DNA of 58,188 bases from Deltaproteobacteria bacterium (GCA_016200585.1 JACQEN010000103.1:1-58188), one strand, 5' to 3'; numbered from the stretch's first letter, positions 35,508 through 45,110 are shown. Notes: a model not told the origin generated them from the sequence alone. Made by a program: numbers and translations.

Positions 35508-37907
35508 TTGAGCATGGCCGAAGCAGCCGAAATACGCCAGCGAGCCCATCAGCGTGCGGGGCATCGCCATGGCCTCCAACTGTTGGAGGCCATCGGCAAT
35601 ATCATTACCCAATCGCACGACCTGCGGGCCAGTGCCCAGGGCGTCGTCGCAACCGTGGCCGAGCACCTCGGGATGGAGGTGTGCTCGATCTATGCCTACA
35701 ACCGCGAGCGCAATGCGCTGACGTTGTGGGCGACGACGGGGCTGGACCCGGCTTCGGTCGGCCGCGTCACCATGGGCGTCGACGAAGGACTTACCGGCAT
35801 CGTCGTCCAGAAGCTCGAACCGGTGATGGCCATCGATGCGCTGGTGCACCCGCGGTACAAGTATTTTCCCGAAACGGGTGAGGAACGCTACCATTCGTTC
35901 TTAGGGGTGCCGGTGGTCGACCGCGGTCAACCGGTCGGCGTGCTCATCGTCCAAACGTCGCGCCGCCGTCGTTTCACCGTAGCCGAGGTGCGGCTGCTGA
36001 AGAACATCGCCGTGTCGGTTGCGGCCATTCTGGCGCAGCTGCAACTGCAGGCGAGCCTGGCGACGAAAGAGGAGGAACGTCGGGCGATCGAAGAACGCAT
36101 GGCCGCCATGAGCCGGTCGCAGGAGCCCGAGCCGGCCTTGCTGCGCGGACAACGCGGTCCGGTGCGTTTGATGGGTCTCGGCGCCTCTCCCGGCTACGGC
36201 ATCGGCCGCGCCCATTTGGTGACCCCCGACGTCAGCTTTTCCGGGTTGGCGAAGGAGCGTCGCCAGCCGCTGAAGCGCGAGCTGGCGCGCCTAAAGAAGG
36301 CGGTTCAGCGAGCCGACGACGAGCTCGTTCGCACCAAGAGTCGCATTCTGGCCAGTGTGCCCGAGATCGACGCGGCGATCTTCGACGCGCAATGGTTGAT
36401 GCTGCAGGACCCGAGCTTCGAAGCGCGCATCGAAGCCGCGGTGCGGGAAGGCCTGAGCGCGGAAGCAGCGCTCGAAGAGGCGGTGGAAGGACTGGTACGA
36501 CACTTCGCCGAGCTCGACGACGCCTACTTCAAAGACCGCGCCTCCGACATCAAAGACATCGGCCAACGCGTCTTGCGGCACCTGCTTGGGATCGGTGAAC
36601 GGACGCGCCAGTTTGCTACGTCGGTGGTGCTCGTCGCGCGCGACGTGACGCTTTCCGACCTCACCATCGTCGAACAGGAGGGCCTCAATGGCGTCGTGCT
36701 GGCCAGCGGCGGCGTGACCTCGCATGCTTCGATTTTGGCGCGCTCGCTGGAAATCCCCACGGTGGCCGGGCTCGAGCGCGCCGACGAGATCATCCACGAG
36801 GGCGACCACTTGATCGTCGACGGCAACGCCGGCGTCGTCTTCGTCAATCCGACTCCAGAGGTGGTGCGCGAATACGAACGCTTGACGACCGAGTACCGGG
36901 CCTTCAATCGCGACCTCGAGCTGTTGCGCGATCTACCTGCGGAGACTCCGGACGGTCATCACGTCTGTCTGTCGGCCAACATCGGTCTGCTCGGCGACCT
37001 GCACGTGGCGCGCTTGCACGGCGCCGAGACGATCGGCTTGTACCGTACCGAGGTGGCCTTCCTGTCGCACCGCGACTTCCTTTCGGAGGAAGAGCAGGTC
37101 GATCTCTACAAACGCGTCGTCACCGGCATGGGCGGCCGTCCGGTGACCATCCGAACCTTGGACCTCGGCGCCGACAAGTACCCCCGTTACTTGAATGTGC
37201 CGCACGAGGAGAATCCGTTTCTCGGCTGGCGTTCGATTCGCATCTCGCTGGAGATGCCGGAGCTGTTCAAGGAGCAGCTGCGGGCCATTCTGCGCGCCAG
37301 CGCCCACGGGCCGGTGCGGATCATGTTCCCGATGATTTCCAGCCTCGAAGAGATTCGCCGCGCCAAGGAGTTGCTGGGAGAAGCGCAGGAAGAGGTCAGC
37401 GCCGCCGGCCACGAGTTCGACGCGCAGATGGCGGTCGGCATGATGATCGAAGTGCCGTCGGCGGTCTCGCTGGCGGTGCATCTCATCCAGGAGGCGGACT
37501 TCTTCAGCATCGGCACCAACGATCTGATTCAGTACGTCCTGGCGGTCGACCGCAACAACCGCAAGGTTGGATCGCTCTACGAGCCGCTGCACCCCGCCGT
37601 CATTCAGTCGGTGATGCACATTGTCGACACGGCACGACGCGCCGGGAAACGTGTCTCGCTGTGCGGTGAGATGGCGGCCGACCCGATGTGCGCCTTGCTT
37701 CTGGTCGGCATGGGGCTGGATGACTTGAGCATGAGTGCGTTCTTCATCCCGTTGATCAAGCGACTGGTGCGTTCGGTGCCGTATTCGGTGGCGCGACAGA
37801 TGGCCGAAGATGTCCTTCGTCTTGCCACCGTCAAGGAGATCAAGGGGCACGTCTTCCAGGTCATGCGTGACCTCGGCATGATCGACATCATGGAGATGTA
37901 TCACTGA
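35508..37907 (+). CDS. ptsP: phosphoenolpyruvate-protein phosphotransferase with N-terminal GAF domain (EI-Ntr)
   Basis: 799 aa. It has a GAF domain (CSIYAYNRERNALTLWATTGL...GLTGIVV), the phospho-His region GGVTSHASILARSLEIPTV and a PEP-utilising TIM barrel (LYRTEVAFL, IGTNDLIQY). Confidence 0.93.
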   Translation: MSMAEAAEIRQRAHQRAGHRHGLQLLEAIGNIITQSHDLRASAQGVVATVAEHLGMEVCSIYAYNRERNALTLWATTGLDPASVGRVTMGVDEGLTGIVVQKLEPVMAIDALVHPRYKYFPETGEERYHSFLGVPVVDRGQPVGVLIVQTSRRRRFTVAEVRLLKNIAVSVAAILAQLQLQASLATKEEERRAIEERMAAMSRSQEPEPALLRGQRGPVRLMGLGASPGYGIGRAHLVTPDVSFSGLAKERRQPLKRELARLKKAVQRADDELVRTKSRILASVPEIDAAIFDAQWLMLQDPSFEARIEAAVREGLSAEAALEEAVEGLVRHFAELDDAYFKDRASDIKDIGQRVLRHLLGIGERTRQFATSVVLVARDVTLSDLTIVEQEGLNGVVLASGGVTSHASILARSLEIPTVAGLERADEIIHEGDHLIVDGNAGVVFVNPTPEVVREYERLTTEYRAFNRDLELLRDLPAETPDGHHVCLSANIGLLGDLHVARLHGAETIGLYRTEVAFLSHRDFLSEEEQVDLYKRVVTGMGGRPVTIRTLDLGADKYPRYLNVPHEENPFLGWRSIRISLEMPELFKEQLRAILRASAHGPVRIMFPMISSLEEIRRAKELLGEAQEEVSAAGHEFDAQMAVGMMIEVPSAVSLAVHLIQEADFFSIGTNDLIQYVLAVDRNNRKVGSLYEPLHPAVIQSVMHIVDTARRAGKRVSLCGEMAADPMCALLLVGMGLDDLSMSAFFIPLIKRLVRSVPYSVARQMAEDVLRLATVKEIKGHVFQVMRDLGMIDIMEMYH

Positions 37908-38011
37908 GGGCTGAGGGCGTCGGGGTTTGAGAGCTTGAGGGGGACTTGAAGGGGGAGAAGAATGCCTGCCTTCAGACTCTCAGGTCCGGCGAGGGCTTGC
38001 GCCTGTTCCGC

Positions 38012-38569
38012 ATGTCGAATAGAAAACGCGGGCCGGCGTTGGCGGGGACGCAGGCAGGAGGAGAGCGGGTGCGACTACAGGCGGCGGGCCGAGTCGGACG
38101 GGTCGCGAGGCGAGCCGCGGTGAGCGCGTTACTTTGCGCGCTGGCCACAGTGGCTGTCGCGGCACCGGATCCGAAGACGGACGCCAAACGGTTGGGGGTC
38201 GAGGTTGCGCAAGGCTTGACCAGCTTGCAGGACGGGCAGCGCGGGCTGACGACGTCGGTGGGCGAGTTGCGTGACCGTTTGAACGAGCTGCGCCGCGATG
38301 TCAGTGCTCTGCACGATGACGTTCGTCAGCTGCGTGACTTGGTCCAGGGCGGCATCGATCACAGCAAGGAAATGCGCGAAGAAGTACGCGGCTTGTACGT
38401 CGAGAGTAGCGGGCTCAAAGGCGACATTGCGCAGGCCGTCAAGCAGATCGACACCCTCGATCAGGAGATCGATGCCTTTCGCTTGAGCTCGGGCATCATT
38501 ATCGCCTTGGTGATCGTCTTGCAGCTGGCGCTGATTGCGCTGACGTTCCGAGGCCGGAGTGGCATGTAA
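38012..38569 (+). CDS. hypothetical coiled-coil protein with N-terminal signal/anchor and C-terminal TM helix
   Basis: I take ATG 38012 as the start. AAVSALLCALATVAVAAPD is signal-like. A heptad-rich middle follows (LRDRLNELRRDVSALHDDVRQLRDLV), and the C-terminus is IIIALVIVLQLALIALTF. Confidence 0.55.
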   Translation: MSNRKRGPALAGTQAGGERVRLQAAGRVGRVARRAAVSALLCALATVAVAAPDPKTDAKRLGVEVAQGLTSLQDGQRGLTTSVGELRDRLNELRRDVSALHDDVRQLRDLVQGGIDHSKEMREEVRGLYVESSGLKGDIAQAVKQIDTLDQEIDAFRLSSGIIIALVIVLQLALIALTFRGRSGM

Positions 38570-38946
38570 TGGAAGCGCACAAGGCTTGCCCTGCGTCTGG
38601 CGGCGCGTGCTCGTCTGTCGCTGCCAGGTTGTTAGACGTTCGAACCGTCGTCGCAGCAGCGGCACTGTTGCTGTCGCTGTTGCCCGCCGCGGCGCAGACG
38701 CCGGCCGGCAAGCGCGACGAAACGCCCGAACAGGTAGTGACGCGCTATCTCCAAGCGCTCAAAAGCGAGAAGTTCGGCGACGCGTGGGACTGCTTGACGG
38801 TGGCGATGCGCCAAAAGAAGAGCCGCGACGATTGGGCCAAGGAGCAGCAATGGCAATTGCAAATGTCCGAGGCCAAGATTTTCGAGTTTCACCTCTTTCC
38901 CGGGGGATCGCTTGACACCGGGGAGCGCGAGTTTGTACAGCGCTAG
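38569..38946 (+). CDS. hypothetical secreted protein
   Basis: 125 aa. Its start overlaps the previous stop (ATGTAATGG context). The signal peptide is ...VVAAAALLLSLLPAAAQTP. There are no recognisable motifs. Confidence 0.5.
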   Translation: MEAHKACPASGGACSSVAARLLDVRTVVAAAALLLSLLPAAAQTPAGKRDETPEQVVTRYLQALKSEKFGDAWDCLTVAMRQKKSRDDWAKEQQWQLQMSEAKIFEFHLFPGGSLDTGEREFVQR

Positions 38947-38991
38947 CTTGCGGCCGACGCGACTCGATTGGGTTGGTTTTCGGGAGGGAGC

Positions 38992-40053
38992 ATGCACGTG
39001 AAGCGCGCTTCGCGATTCTTGGTTTGTCTTGCGGTTCTCAGCGGTATGGTTGGTTGCCATCCGCAAGAGGACGTGCCGCCGTTGCCGACGCGGCTGATCA
39101 GCATTGCGGACAAGTTCTTCGACGTCCAAGCCATCGACGCCGAGCACGCGGTGGTGGTCGGATACGGCGGGAAGATCCTGACCACCGCCGACGGCGGCTT
39201 TGCCTGGACGCAGGCCAAGAGCGGAACGACCGGGGCCTTGTACAAGGTTCAGTTCGTCGACGCCAACAACGGCTGGATCTCCGGGCAAGACGGGATCATC
39301 CTGCACAGCACCGACGGCGGGAAAACCTGGGCGAAACAGAATAGCGGTACCAACGTCTACCTGTTCTCGCTTTCCTTCACGGACGCCAATTACGGATGGG
39401 CGATCGGCGACAAATCGATTGCCCTGCAAACCAGCGACGGTGGTGCACACTGGACGTTGCGCAAGGTTTTTACCGCTGAGCAGCAAAACCAGCGTCCCGA
39501 GGAAGCCATCGCTTCACAGGATCCGGTTCTCTACGACGTCAAGTTCCTCAGCCACGACATCGGCTGGGTGTCGGGCGAGTTCGGCAAACTGTTCCACACG
39601 GTCGACGGGGGTAAGACGTGGACCGGGACGGAAGGCAGCTTGCTCGGTCAGGACATCATCGACATTCTCGACATTCCGACGTTCTTCGGCATGGCCTTTA
39701 ACGATGCGTCCAATGGCATCACCGTTGGTCTCGAGGGCAAGATTGCACGCACGCGCGATGCGCAGACATGGAAATTCGAGCCCATGCAGGTCGACTACCC
39801 CTTCGTCGATCCGTTGTTCTCGCCCGCCGTTTTTGCCGACGGCAGCGCCTGGGCCGTGGGGGCCGCCGGTGAGGTGGTGCATCGTGCCGGGCCGGAGGAC
39901 AAGTGGCAGCGCCAGAAGCTCGGCATGGAAGTGGTCACCTGGTTGCGCAGCATCAACTGGCTCGACCAGAACAACGGCTGGATCGTCGGCGGCTACGGCT
40001 TGATCCTGCACACCAAAGACGGCGGCAAGACTTGGATTCCCTCGCTCGCCTAG
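38992..40053 (+). CDS. BNR/Ycf48-like beta-propeller lipoprotein
   Basis: ATG 38992 sits behind a GGGAGGGA SD. The lipobox is LSGMVGC. The S/TxDGGxTW motif is repeated (TADGGFAW, STDGGKTW, TSDGGAHW, TVDGGKTW, TKDGGKTW). This family is typically paired with COG1033 RND exporters. Confidence 0.88.
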   Translation: MHVKRASRFLVCLAVLSGMVGCHPQEDVPPLPTRLISIADKFFDVQAIDAEHAVVVGYGGKILTTADGGFAWTQAKSGTTGALYKVQFVDANNGWISGQDGIILHSTDGGKTWAKQNSGTNVYLFSLSFTDANYGWAIGDKSIALQTSDGGAHWTLRKVFTAEQQNQRPEEAIASQDPVLYDVKFLSHDIGWVSGEFGKLFHTVDGGKTWTGTEGSLLGQDIIDILDIPTFFGMAFNDASNGITVGLEGKIARTRDAQTWKFEPMQVDYPFVDPLFSPAVFADGSAWAVGAAGEVVHRAGPEDKWQRQKLGMEVVTWLRSINWLDQNNGWIVGGYGLILHTKDGGKTWIPSLA

Positions 40054-40080
40054 CGGGCCGAAGTTACGCAGGAGGTTCGA

Positions 40081-42756
40081 ATGGCGATTGACTACGACGT
40101 TCCTTCCGACAAACGCCTTCTCTACTGGCTCGGTGACAAGCTGATCGATTACCGGCATCCGGTTTCGATCGTCGTCCTCCTGGTCACCGCGGTGTTCGCG
40201 TATTGGGGCTTTCAGTTGCAACTGGTGACCAGCTTCGGTGATCTGCTGCCGCAAAATCACCCGTACATCAAAATCCACAACCGCTTCTCCGGCACCTTCG
40301 GCGGCGCCAACAACATCATGATCATGTTGGAAGTGAAGGACGGCAACATCTTCAATCCGGAGACGCTCAACAAGATCTGGAAGATGACCGAAGGCCTCGA
40401 CAAGGTTTACGGCGTCAACCACAACCAGATCGACTCCATCGCCCACCGTACCGTACGCTATCTCAAGGTCGCCGCCGGCGGCACGATGCGCGCCACACCG
40501 GTCATGCTCGGCGAGGTCAAATCCCAGGAGGACGCGACCCAGATCCGCCGTGTCGTTCACAACGCCGAGAACATTTATGGTCTGCTCGTTTCGCTCGACG
40601 ACAAAGCGGCTTTGATCCGCGCCAACTTCATCGAGGGCCGGTTGGACTACCGGCGCATCTTCGACGAGGTGAATGCGGCCGTCGTTGCTCCGTATCAGGA
40701 TGCGAATACCGAGGTCTACGTGGCCGGCGAACCCCGGCTGTACGGCTGGGTGTACAACTATGCCGGCGACGTGTTCTTCATCCTGGTCATCACCTACTGC
40801 ATCGAATGGGTGCTGCGTTGGATGTACTTCCACGACTGGCGCGGCGCGTTGCGGCCGACCATCACCGGCTTGATCGCTGCCTTCTGGGGCTTGGGGTTCA
40901 TTCATTTCATCGGTCTCGCCCTCGACCCGTTGATGCTGGTGATGCCGTTCCTGATCACGGCGCGTGCCGTCAGTCACGCCATCCAGATGCACGATCGCTA
41001 TTACGAGGAGTTCGAAAAGAGCGGTTGGCACAAACGGCGCGCCATCGTCGCGTCGTTCGCCGAGCTCTTCGTTCCGACGCTCTCGGGCATTACGACCGAC
41101 GCGTTCGGTGTGCTGGTGATTCTGCTGGTGCCGGTGGTCATGCTGCAGAAGCTGGCGATCACGGCGTCGTGGTGGATTCTGGCCATCACGATCTCCGAGA
41201 TGTTGCTCAATCCGGTCGTCTATTACTATCTCAAAGCGCCGGAGCCCGAGCTCGTCATGCTGCGCGAGCGCGGCGGATTCCGGCTGGCCATCAACCGTTT
41301 CGTCAAAGTGCTGCTGACCCCGGCCGGCAAAGCCATTACCGTCGTCGCCTGGCTCGGGTCCGCGGTCGTGGCGCTCTATTTCCTGCGTGGCCTCACCATC
41401 GGCGACCCGACCTCGGCGTCGCCCCTGTTGTGGGTCGATTCTCCGTACAACGTTTCGCACCAAAAGATTCAGGACAAGTTCGGCGGCGTCGAGCCGCTCA
41501 TCGTCGTCGCCGAAGGTCTCGACAAGGACGCCATGAAGGACCCGCTCACCTTGCGGCGCATGGAAGGGTTCCAGCGGCTGCTGGAACGCGATTCCGGCAT
41601 CGGATACAGCTTTTCGCTTGCCGATATCATTCGCGCCGTCAATTCGGTCTTCCACGAGCTGGAACCGAAGTGGGGGGTGATCCCCAATAACTGGGTCGAC
41701 ATCGGCGGCTTGTTCTTCATCTATTTCTCCGGTTCGCCGCCGACCGAGACGGCGAAGTACGTCGACCCGAGTTACACCACCGCGCACGTGACCTTCTTCT
41801 GCAAGGATCACAAAGGCGACAACATCCGTCGTATCGTGCACCGATGCAAAGACTACATCCTGGGTTCGCAGCTCGAAGACCTGGGTGTGGAAGTCGGTGA
41901 CGACAACGGCGCGGTGGTGGTGAAGAAGATCAGCTCCGACGTCACTTGGGAAAAGGCCGGGCCGTCGTGGATCGTTTCCGAGCACGGCAAGGAAGGGGAG
42001 GGCCCCTTCCAGGTCGGCGATCACATCGTCAAGGTCGGTCGCGCGCCGGTCACCGACATGGCCAGCTTCTATGCGGCGATGACCAAGGAGACGGCGAGCG
42101 CTTCGCTCATCGACTTCGGTATGCAGCGCGGCGGTCAGGTTTCGGAGACCACCGTCGGGGCCCCCTGGAAGGCGGTGTTCAAGCTTGCGGGCGGCCTGAT
42201 CGGAACACTTGCTGCCGCCAACGAGGAGCTCTTGCGCAACGACGCGCTGATGAACTTCCTCGGATTCTTCACCATGTGGATGATCATGCTGTTCACCTAC
42301 CGCTCGTTTGCGGCCGGCTTCTACCTGCTGGCGCCGCTGCTGCTGTCGAACATCATGGTCAACGCCTACATGGCCATCAACAACATCGGCGTGAACATCC
42401 ACACCCTGCCGCTGGTGACCGTCGGCCTCGGTTTCGGTATTGACTACGGCCTGTACATCGTCAGCCGCACGATCGAAGAGATCCGCATCCGCGGCGACCT
42501 GGTCGATTCCGTGCGCGAAGCGCTCGAGACCTCGGGGAAAGCGGTGACCTTCACCGCCGTCACCATGGTCATCAGCACCGTGTTCTGGATGACCTCGAAC
42601 ATTCGCTTCAACGCCGAGATGGGTTTGCTGCTCGCCATCTGGATGGCCGTCAGCTACGTCGGCTCGCAGACCCTGACCCCGGTGCTCATCGTCATGATGA
42701 AGCCACGTTTCATCATGAAGGAAGCGAATCGCGCTCCGACCCTGACGTCTGTATAA
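40081..42756 (+). CDS. RND superfamily exporter (COG1033/MMPL-like) with extra PDZ-like insert
   Basis: 891 aa. It has the same duplicated TM-block architecture as 1412..3778. An additional ~100 aa sits in the second soluble loop (see findings). The SD is GGAGG. Confidence 0.9.
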   Translation: MAIDYDVPSDKRLLYWLGDKLIDYRHPVSIVVLLVTAVFAYWGFQLQLVTSFGDLLPQNHPYIKIHNRFSGTFGGANNIMIMLEVKDGNIFNPETLNKIWKMTEGLDKVYGVNHNQIDSIAHRTVRYLKVAAGGTMRATPVMLGEVKSQEDATQIRRVVHNAENIYGLLVSLDDKAALIRANFIEGRLDYRRIFDEVNAAVVAPYQDANTEVYVAGEPRLYGWVYNYAGDVFFILVITYCIEWVLRWMYFHDWRGALRPTITGLIAAFWGLGFIHFIGLALDPLMLVMPFLITARAVSHAIQMHDRYYEEFEKSGWHKRRAIVASFAELFVPTLSGITTDAFGVLVILLVPVVMLQKLAITASWWILAITISEMLLNPVVYYYLKAPEPELVMLRERGGFRLAINRFVKVLLTPAGKAITVVAWLGSAVVALYFLRGLTIGDPTSASPLLWVDSPYNVSHQKIQDKFGGVEPLIVVAEGLDKDAMKDPLTLRRMEGFQRLLERDSGIGYSFSLADIIRAVNSVFHELEPKWGVIPNNWVDIGGLFFIYFSGSPPTETAKYVDPSYTTAHVTFFCKDHKGDNIRRIVHRCKDYILGSQLEDLGVEVGDDNGAVVVKKISSDVTWEKAGPSWIVSEHGKEGEGPFQVGDHIVKVGRAPVTDMASFYAAMTKETASASLIDFGMQRGGQVSETTVGAPWKAVFKLAGGLIGTLAAANEELLRNDALMNFLGFFTMWMIMLFTYRSFAAGFYLLAPLLLSNIMVNAYMAINNIGVNIHTLPLVTVGLGFGIDYGLYIVSRTIEEIRIRGDLVDSVREALETSGKAVTFTAVTMVISTVFWMTSNIRFNAEMGLLLAIWMAVSYVGSQTLTPVLIVMMKPRFIMKEANRAPTLTSV

Positions 42757-42779
42757 CGAGGAACCGGGGAGACTCGATC

Positions 42780-42965
42780 ATGCATCTGACCATTTGGAAC
42801 TCCGTCTTCATCGTCCTGGGCTTCAGCGTCGTCGTCGTTTTGCTCGACGAGTTCGTCGTTAAGGGGTGGCGCCACAGCAAGTGGGAACGCAAGGCGGCGG
42901 CCGGCGACAAGGATGCCGCCGAGCTGTTGCGCGTGGCACGCTCGGCCAAGGTCAGCGAGGAGTGA
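42780..42965 (+). CDS. hypothetical 61-aa membrane protein
   Basis: MHLTIWNSVFIVLGFSVVVVLLDEFVV... is one TM helix followed by a charged tail. A GGGGAG SD lies 8 nt upstream, 23 nt after the RND stop. Confidence 0.45.
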   Translation: MHLTIWNSVFIVLGFSVVVVLLDEFVVKGWRHSKWERKAAAGDKDAAELLRVARSAKVSEE

Positions 42966-42971
42966 CCTAGC

Positions 42972-43017
42972 CGCGGGCGATCGCAGAAGGCGGCCGCCCG
43001 CGCGGTTGTTGGATTTT
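42972..43017 (+). terminator. rho-independent-like terminator candidate
   Basis: The 8-bp GC stem CGCGGGCG (42972..42979) pairs with CGCCCGCG (42995..43002) around a 15-nt loop. A T-rich tail follows (GGTTGTTGGATTTT). Confidence 0.35.
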
Positions 43018-43046
43018 GAATTCTGCGTCCTGGCTTCTGAGTTGCC

Positions 43047-43301
43047 ATGCGCTTCCTGCGTATCGCTCTGTTCACGATTCTGGTTCCGCTCCTTTCCACT
43101 CTATCGCAGCAAGTGTCGCGGGCGCGCGGCAACGAAGCGGTCCCCGGAACCGCAGTCGCTCTGTGCGTGGTCGGCGGATTGTTTCTGGTGCGTGCAGCGG
43201 TGACCGAGTGGGGACGGGGTGCGGAGTACGCACTCCAGAAGGACGTGCTCTGGGGCATCGGCGGCGGCGCGCTGATTGCCGCGGCACTGCAGTGGCTTTG
43301 A
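43047..43301 (+). CDS. hypothetical 84-aa membrane protein
   Basis: It has three hydrophobic segments (IALFTILVPLL, AVALCVVGGLFLV, GIGGGALIAAAL). No clear SD is present. Confidence 0.4.
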   Translation: MRFLRIALFTILVPLLSTLSQQVSRARGNEAVPGTAVALCVVGGLFLVRAAVTEWGRGAEYALQKDVLWGIGGGALIAAALQWL

Positions 43302-43371
43302 AACACCTCGACGGTCTTCGGTTTCCTCCTGCCTGTTGACTGTAGGCTGTCGACTGTCGACTGTGCTTGAA

Positions 43372-44358
43372 ATGATCGAGCTCTCCCACGTCACCAAAGA
43401 CTTCGGCTCGTTGCGTGCCGTCGACGACGTGTCGTTCACGGTTCGTGGCGGAGAGATCATCGGCCTGGTCGGTCCTAACGGTTCGGGCAAGACGACTCTG
43501 ATGCGTATCCTCACAGGATTCTTTCCACCGAGCAGCGGACAAGCACGCGTTGCCGGGTTCGATGCCGGCGTCGATGCGTTGGCGCTGCGCCGTTGCATCG
43601 GTTACCTGCCGGAGAATGTGATGCCTTATCCGGAGATGGACGTGCGCCAATTCCTCGCCTTCTGCGCCGGCCTGCGGCACCTGCGCGGCACCCTGGTGCG
43701 CCAACGCGTCGACCATGTTCTGCACAGCTGTGCGTTGACGGAGGTCGCGCATCGACTGGTCGGAAAGCTGTCGAAGGGCTATCGCCAGCGCGTCGGCTTG
43801 GCACAGGCGCTGTTGCACGAGCCGCAGGTGTTGATCCTCGACGAGCCGACGGTGGGGCTCGATCCGCGCCAGGTCTCGGAGATGCGCCGTTTGATCGACG
43901 GCCTGCGCGGGCGCTCGACGGTGCTGCTCAGCACGCACATCTTGTCGGAGGTGAGCTTGTTGTGCGATCGCGTCGTGATCATCAACCGCGGACGCATCAT
44001 CGCCGAGGACCGCGCTGAGGTGCTAGAGCGGCGCGTCGCCGGAGCCGAGCGTACGTTGCTGCGCGTCACCGGGCCGGTGCGAGAGGTGCGCGCGGTTTTG
44101 TCGCAGGTCGAGGGCGTCGAGCGGGTAGAGGTATCCGAATCGAGCCAACCTCCTCTTGCCGCGAAGGACGGGCCGGGGGATCGCTGGCAGGAAGCTTCCT
44201 TTGTTGTCCATCATGCTACGGCCGATTCGGTCGCGGCACGCTTGGCTGCCGCCGTCGTCGCCTCGGGCTGGCGGCTGCACGAGTTGCGTCCCCTGCCGCT
44301 TGGCATGGAAGAGCTCTTCCTGCGCCTCGTCGGCGACGAACCACGGAGCGCTGCATGA
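43372..44358 (+). CDS. ABC transporter ATP-binding protein (GldA-like, ABC-2 subfamily)
   Basis: I take ATG 43372 as the start (ORF track begins at 43276). It has Walker A GPNGSGKTT, the LSKGYRQRV signature, Walker B VLILDEPTVGLD and the H-loop STH. Confidence 0.93.
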   Translation: MIELSHVTKDFGSLRAVDDVSFTVRGGEIIGLVGPNGSGKTTLMRILTGFFPPSSGQARVAGFDAGVDALALRRCIGYLPENVMPYPEMDVRQFLAFCAGLRHLRGTLVRQRVDHVLHSCALTEVAHRLVGKLSKGYRQRVGLAQALLHEPQVLILDEPTVGLDPRQVSEMRRLIDGLRGRSTVLLSTHILSEVSLLCDRVVIINRGRIIAEDRAEVLERRVAGAERTLLRVTGPVREVRAVLSQVEGVERVEVSESSQPPLAAKDGPGDRWQEASFVVHHATADSVAARLAAAVVASGWRLHELRPLPLGMEELFLRLVGDEPRSAA

Positions 44359-45110
44359 GTTTCCTGACCTTGTTGCGCAAGGAGCTGTACGCTTACTTCG
44401 TATCGCCGTTGTTCTACGTCGTCGCCGCGGTGTTTCTCGGCCTGTGCGGATTTTTCTTCTACACGCGGCTGATCTTCTTCGTCGAGTACGGTCTCGGGGA
44501 GAACATTCTCGGCAACTTCTGGTTGGCCTTCATGGCCGGCGCCCCGTACTCGATTTCGATGGTGTTGCTGTTGGTGATGCCGCTGCTGACCATGCGCTCG
44601 TTCGCCGAAGAGAAGAAACTCGGCACCATCGAGCTGCTCCTCACCTATCCGATCCGTGACGGTGAGCTGTTCTGCGCCAAGTTCACTGCCTGTGTGCTGG
44701 TGTTCGTCGTGTTGCTCGCCGGCACCCTGGTCTATCCGCTGTACCTCTACAGCCTGCAGCCCTTGCCGCTCGGTGCGGTCGCCGCCGGGTACCTGGGTCT
44801 GCTCCTGTTGGGTCTCAGCTTCATCGCCTGTGGAGTGCTGATTTCATCGCTGACCGACAATCAGGTCGTCGCGGCGGTTTCGACTTTGGGGCTGCTGCTG
44901 GGCTTCTGGGTTCTGACGTGGAACGAGGCCGCGACCAGCCCGGGGCTGCTGCGAGTGCTCATCCATCTGTCGATGTTCGACCATTTCGAGCCGTTTGCGC
45001 GCGGCACGATCGACGCGGACCACGTCGGCTATTTCGTCTTCTTCGTCCTCTTTTGCAGCTTCTTGACGCTGCGCGTGCTCGAAGCACGTACGTGGCGCGG
45101 CCGTCGCTGA
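44355..45110 (+). CDS. ABC-2 type transporter permease (GldF-like)
   Basis: 251 aa with six hydrophobic helices. An ATGA overlap links it to the ATPase gene. Confidence 0.88.
   Translation: MSFLTLLRKELYAYFVSPLFYVVAAVFLGLCGFFFYTRLIFFVEYGLGENILGNFWLAFMAGAPYSISMVLLLVMPLLTMRSFAEEKKLGTIELLLTYPIRDGELFCAKFTACVLVFVVLLAGTLVYPLYLYSLQPLPLGAVAAGYLGLLLLGLSFIACGVLISSLTDNQVVAAVSTLGLLLGFWVLTWNEAATSPGLLRVLIHLSMFDHFEPFARGTIDADHVGYFVFFVLFCSFLTLRVLEARTWRGRR

Noticed and set aside
40066-40080. GGTTCGAAT, a tRNA T-loop-like string.
   Set aside because: It is part of the GGAGG ribosome-binding region of the RND gene. No acceptor, D or anticodon stems can be drawn around it. I found no tRNA-like cloverleaf elsewhere.
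39514-42402. Very long reverse-strand ORF (962 aa) opposite the RND exporter. Similar cases are 5226..7259(+), 1247..2548(-), 17642..18991(-), 44959..46656(-), 47997..49289(-) and 52835..53971(-).
   Set aside because: Their translations are Arg/Gly/Pro/His-rich low-complexity strings with no motifs. Each lies antisense to an ORF with clear family signatures. Long stop-free antisense frames are expected in high-GC DNA.
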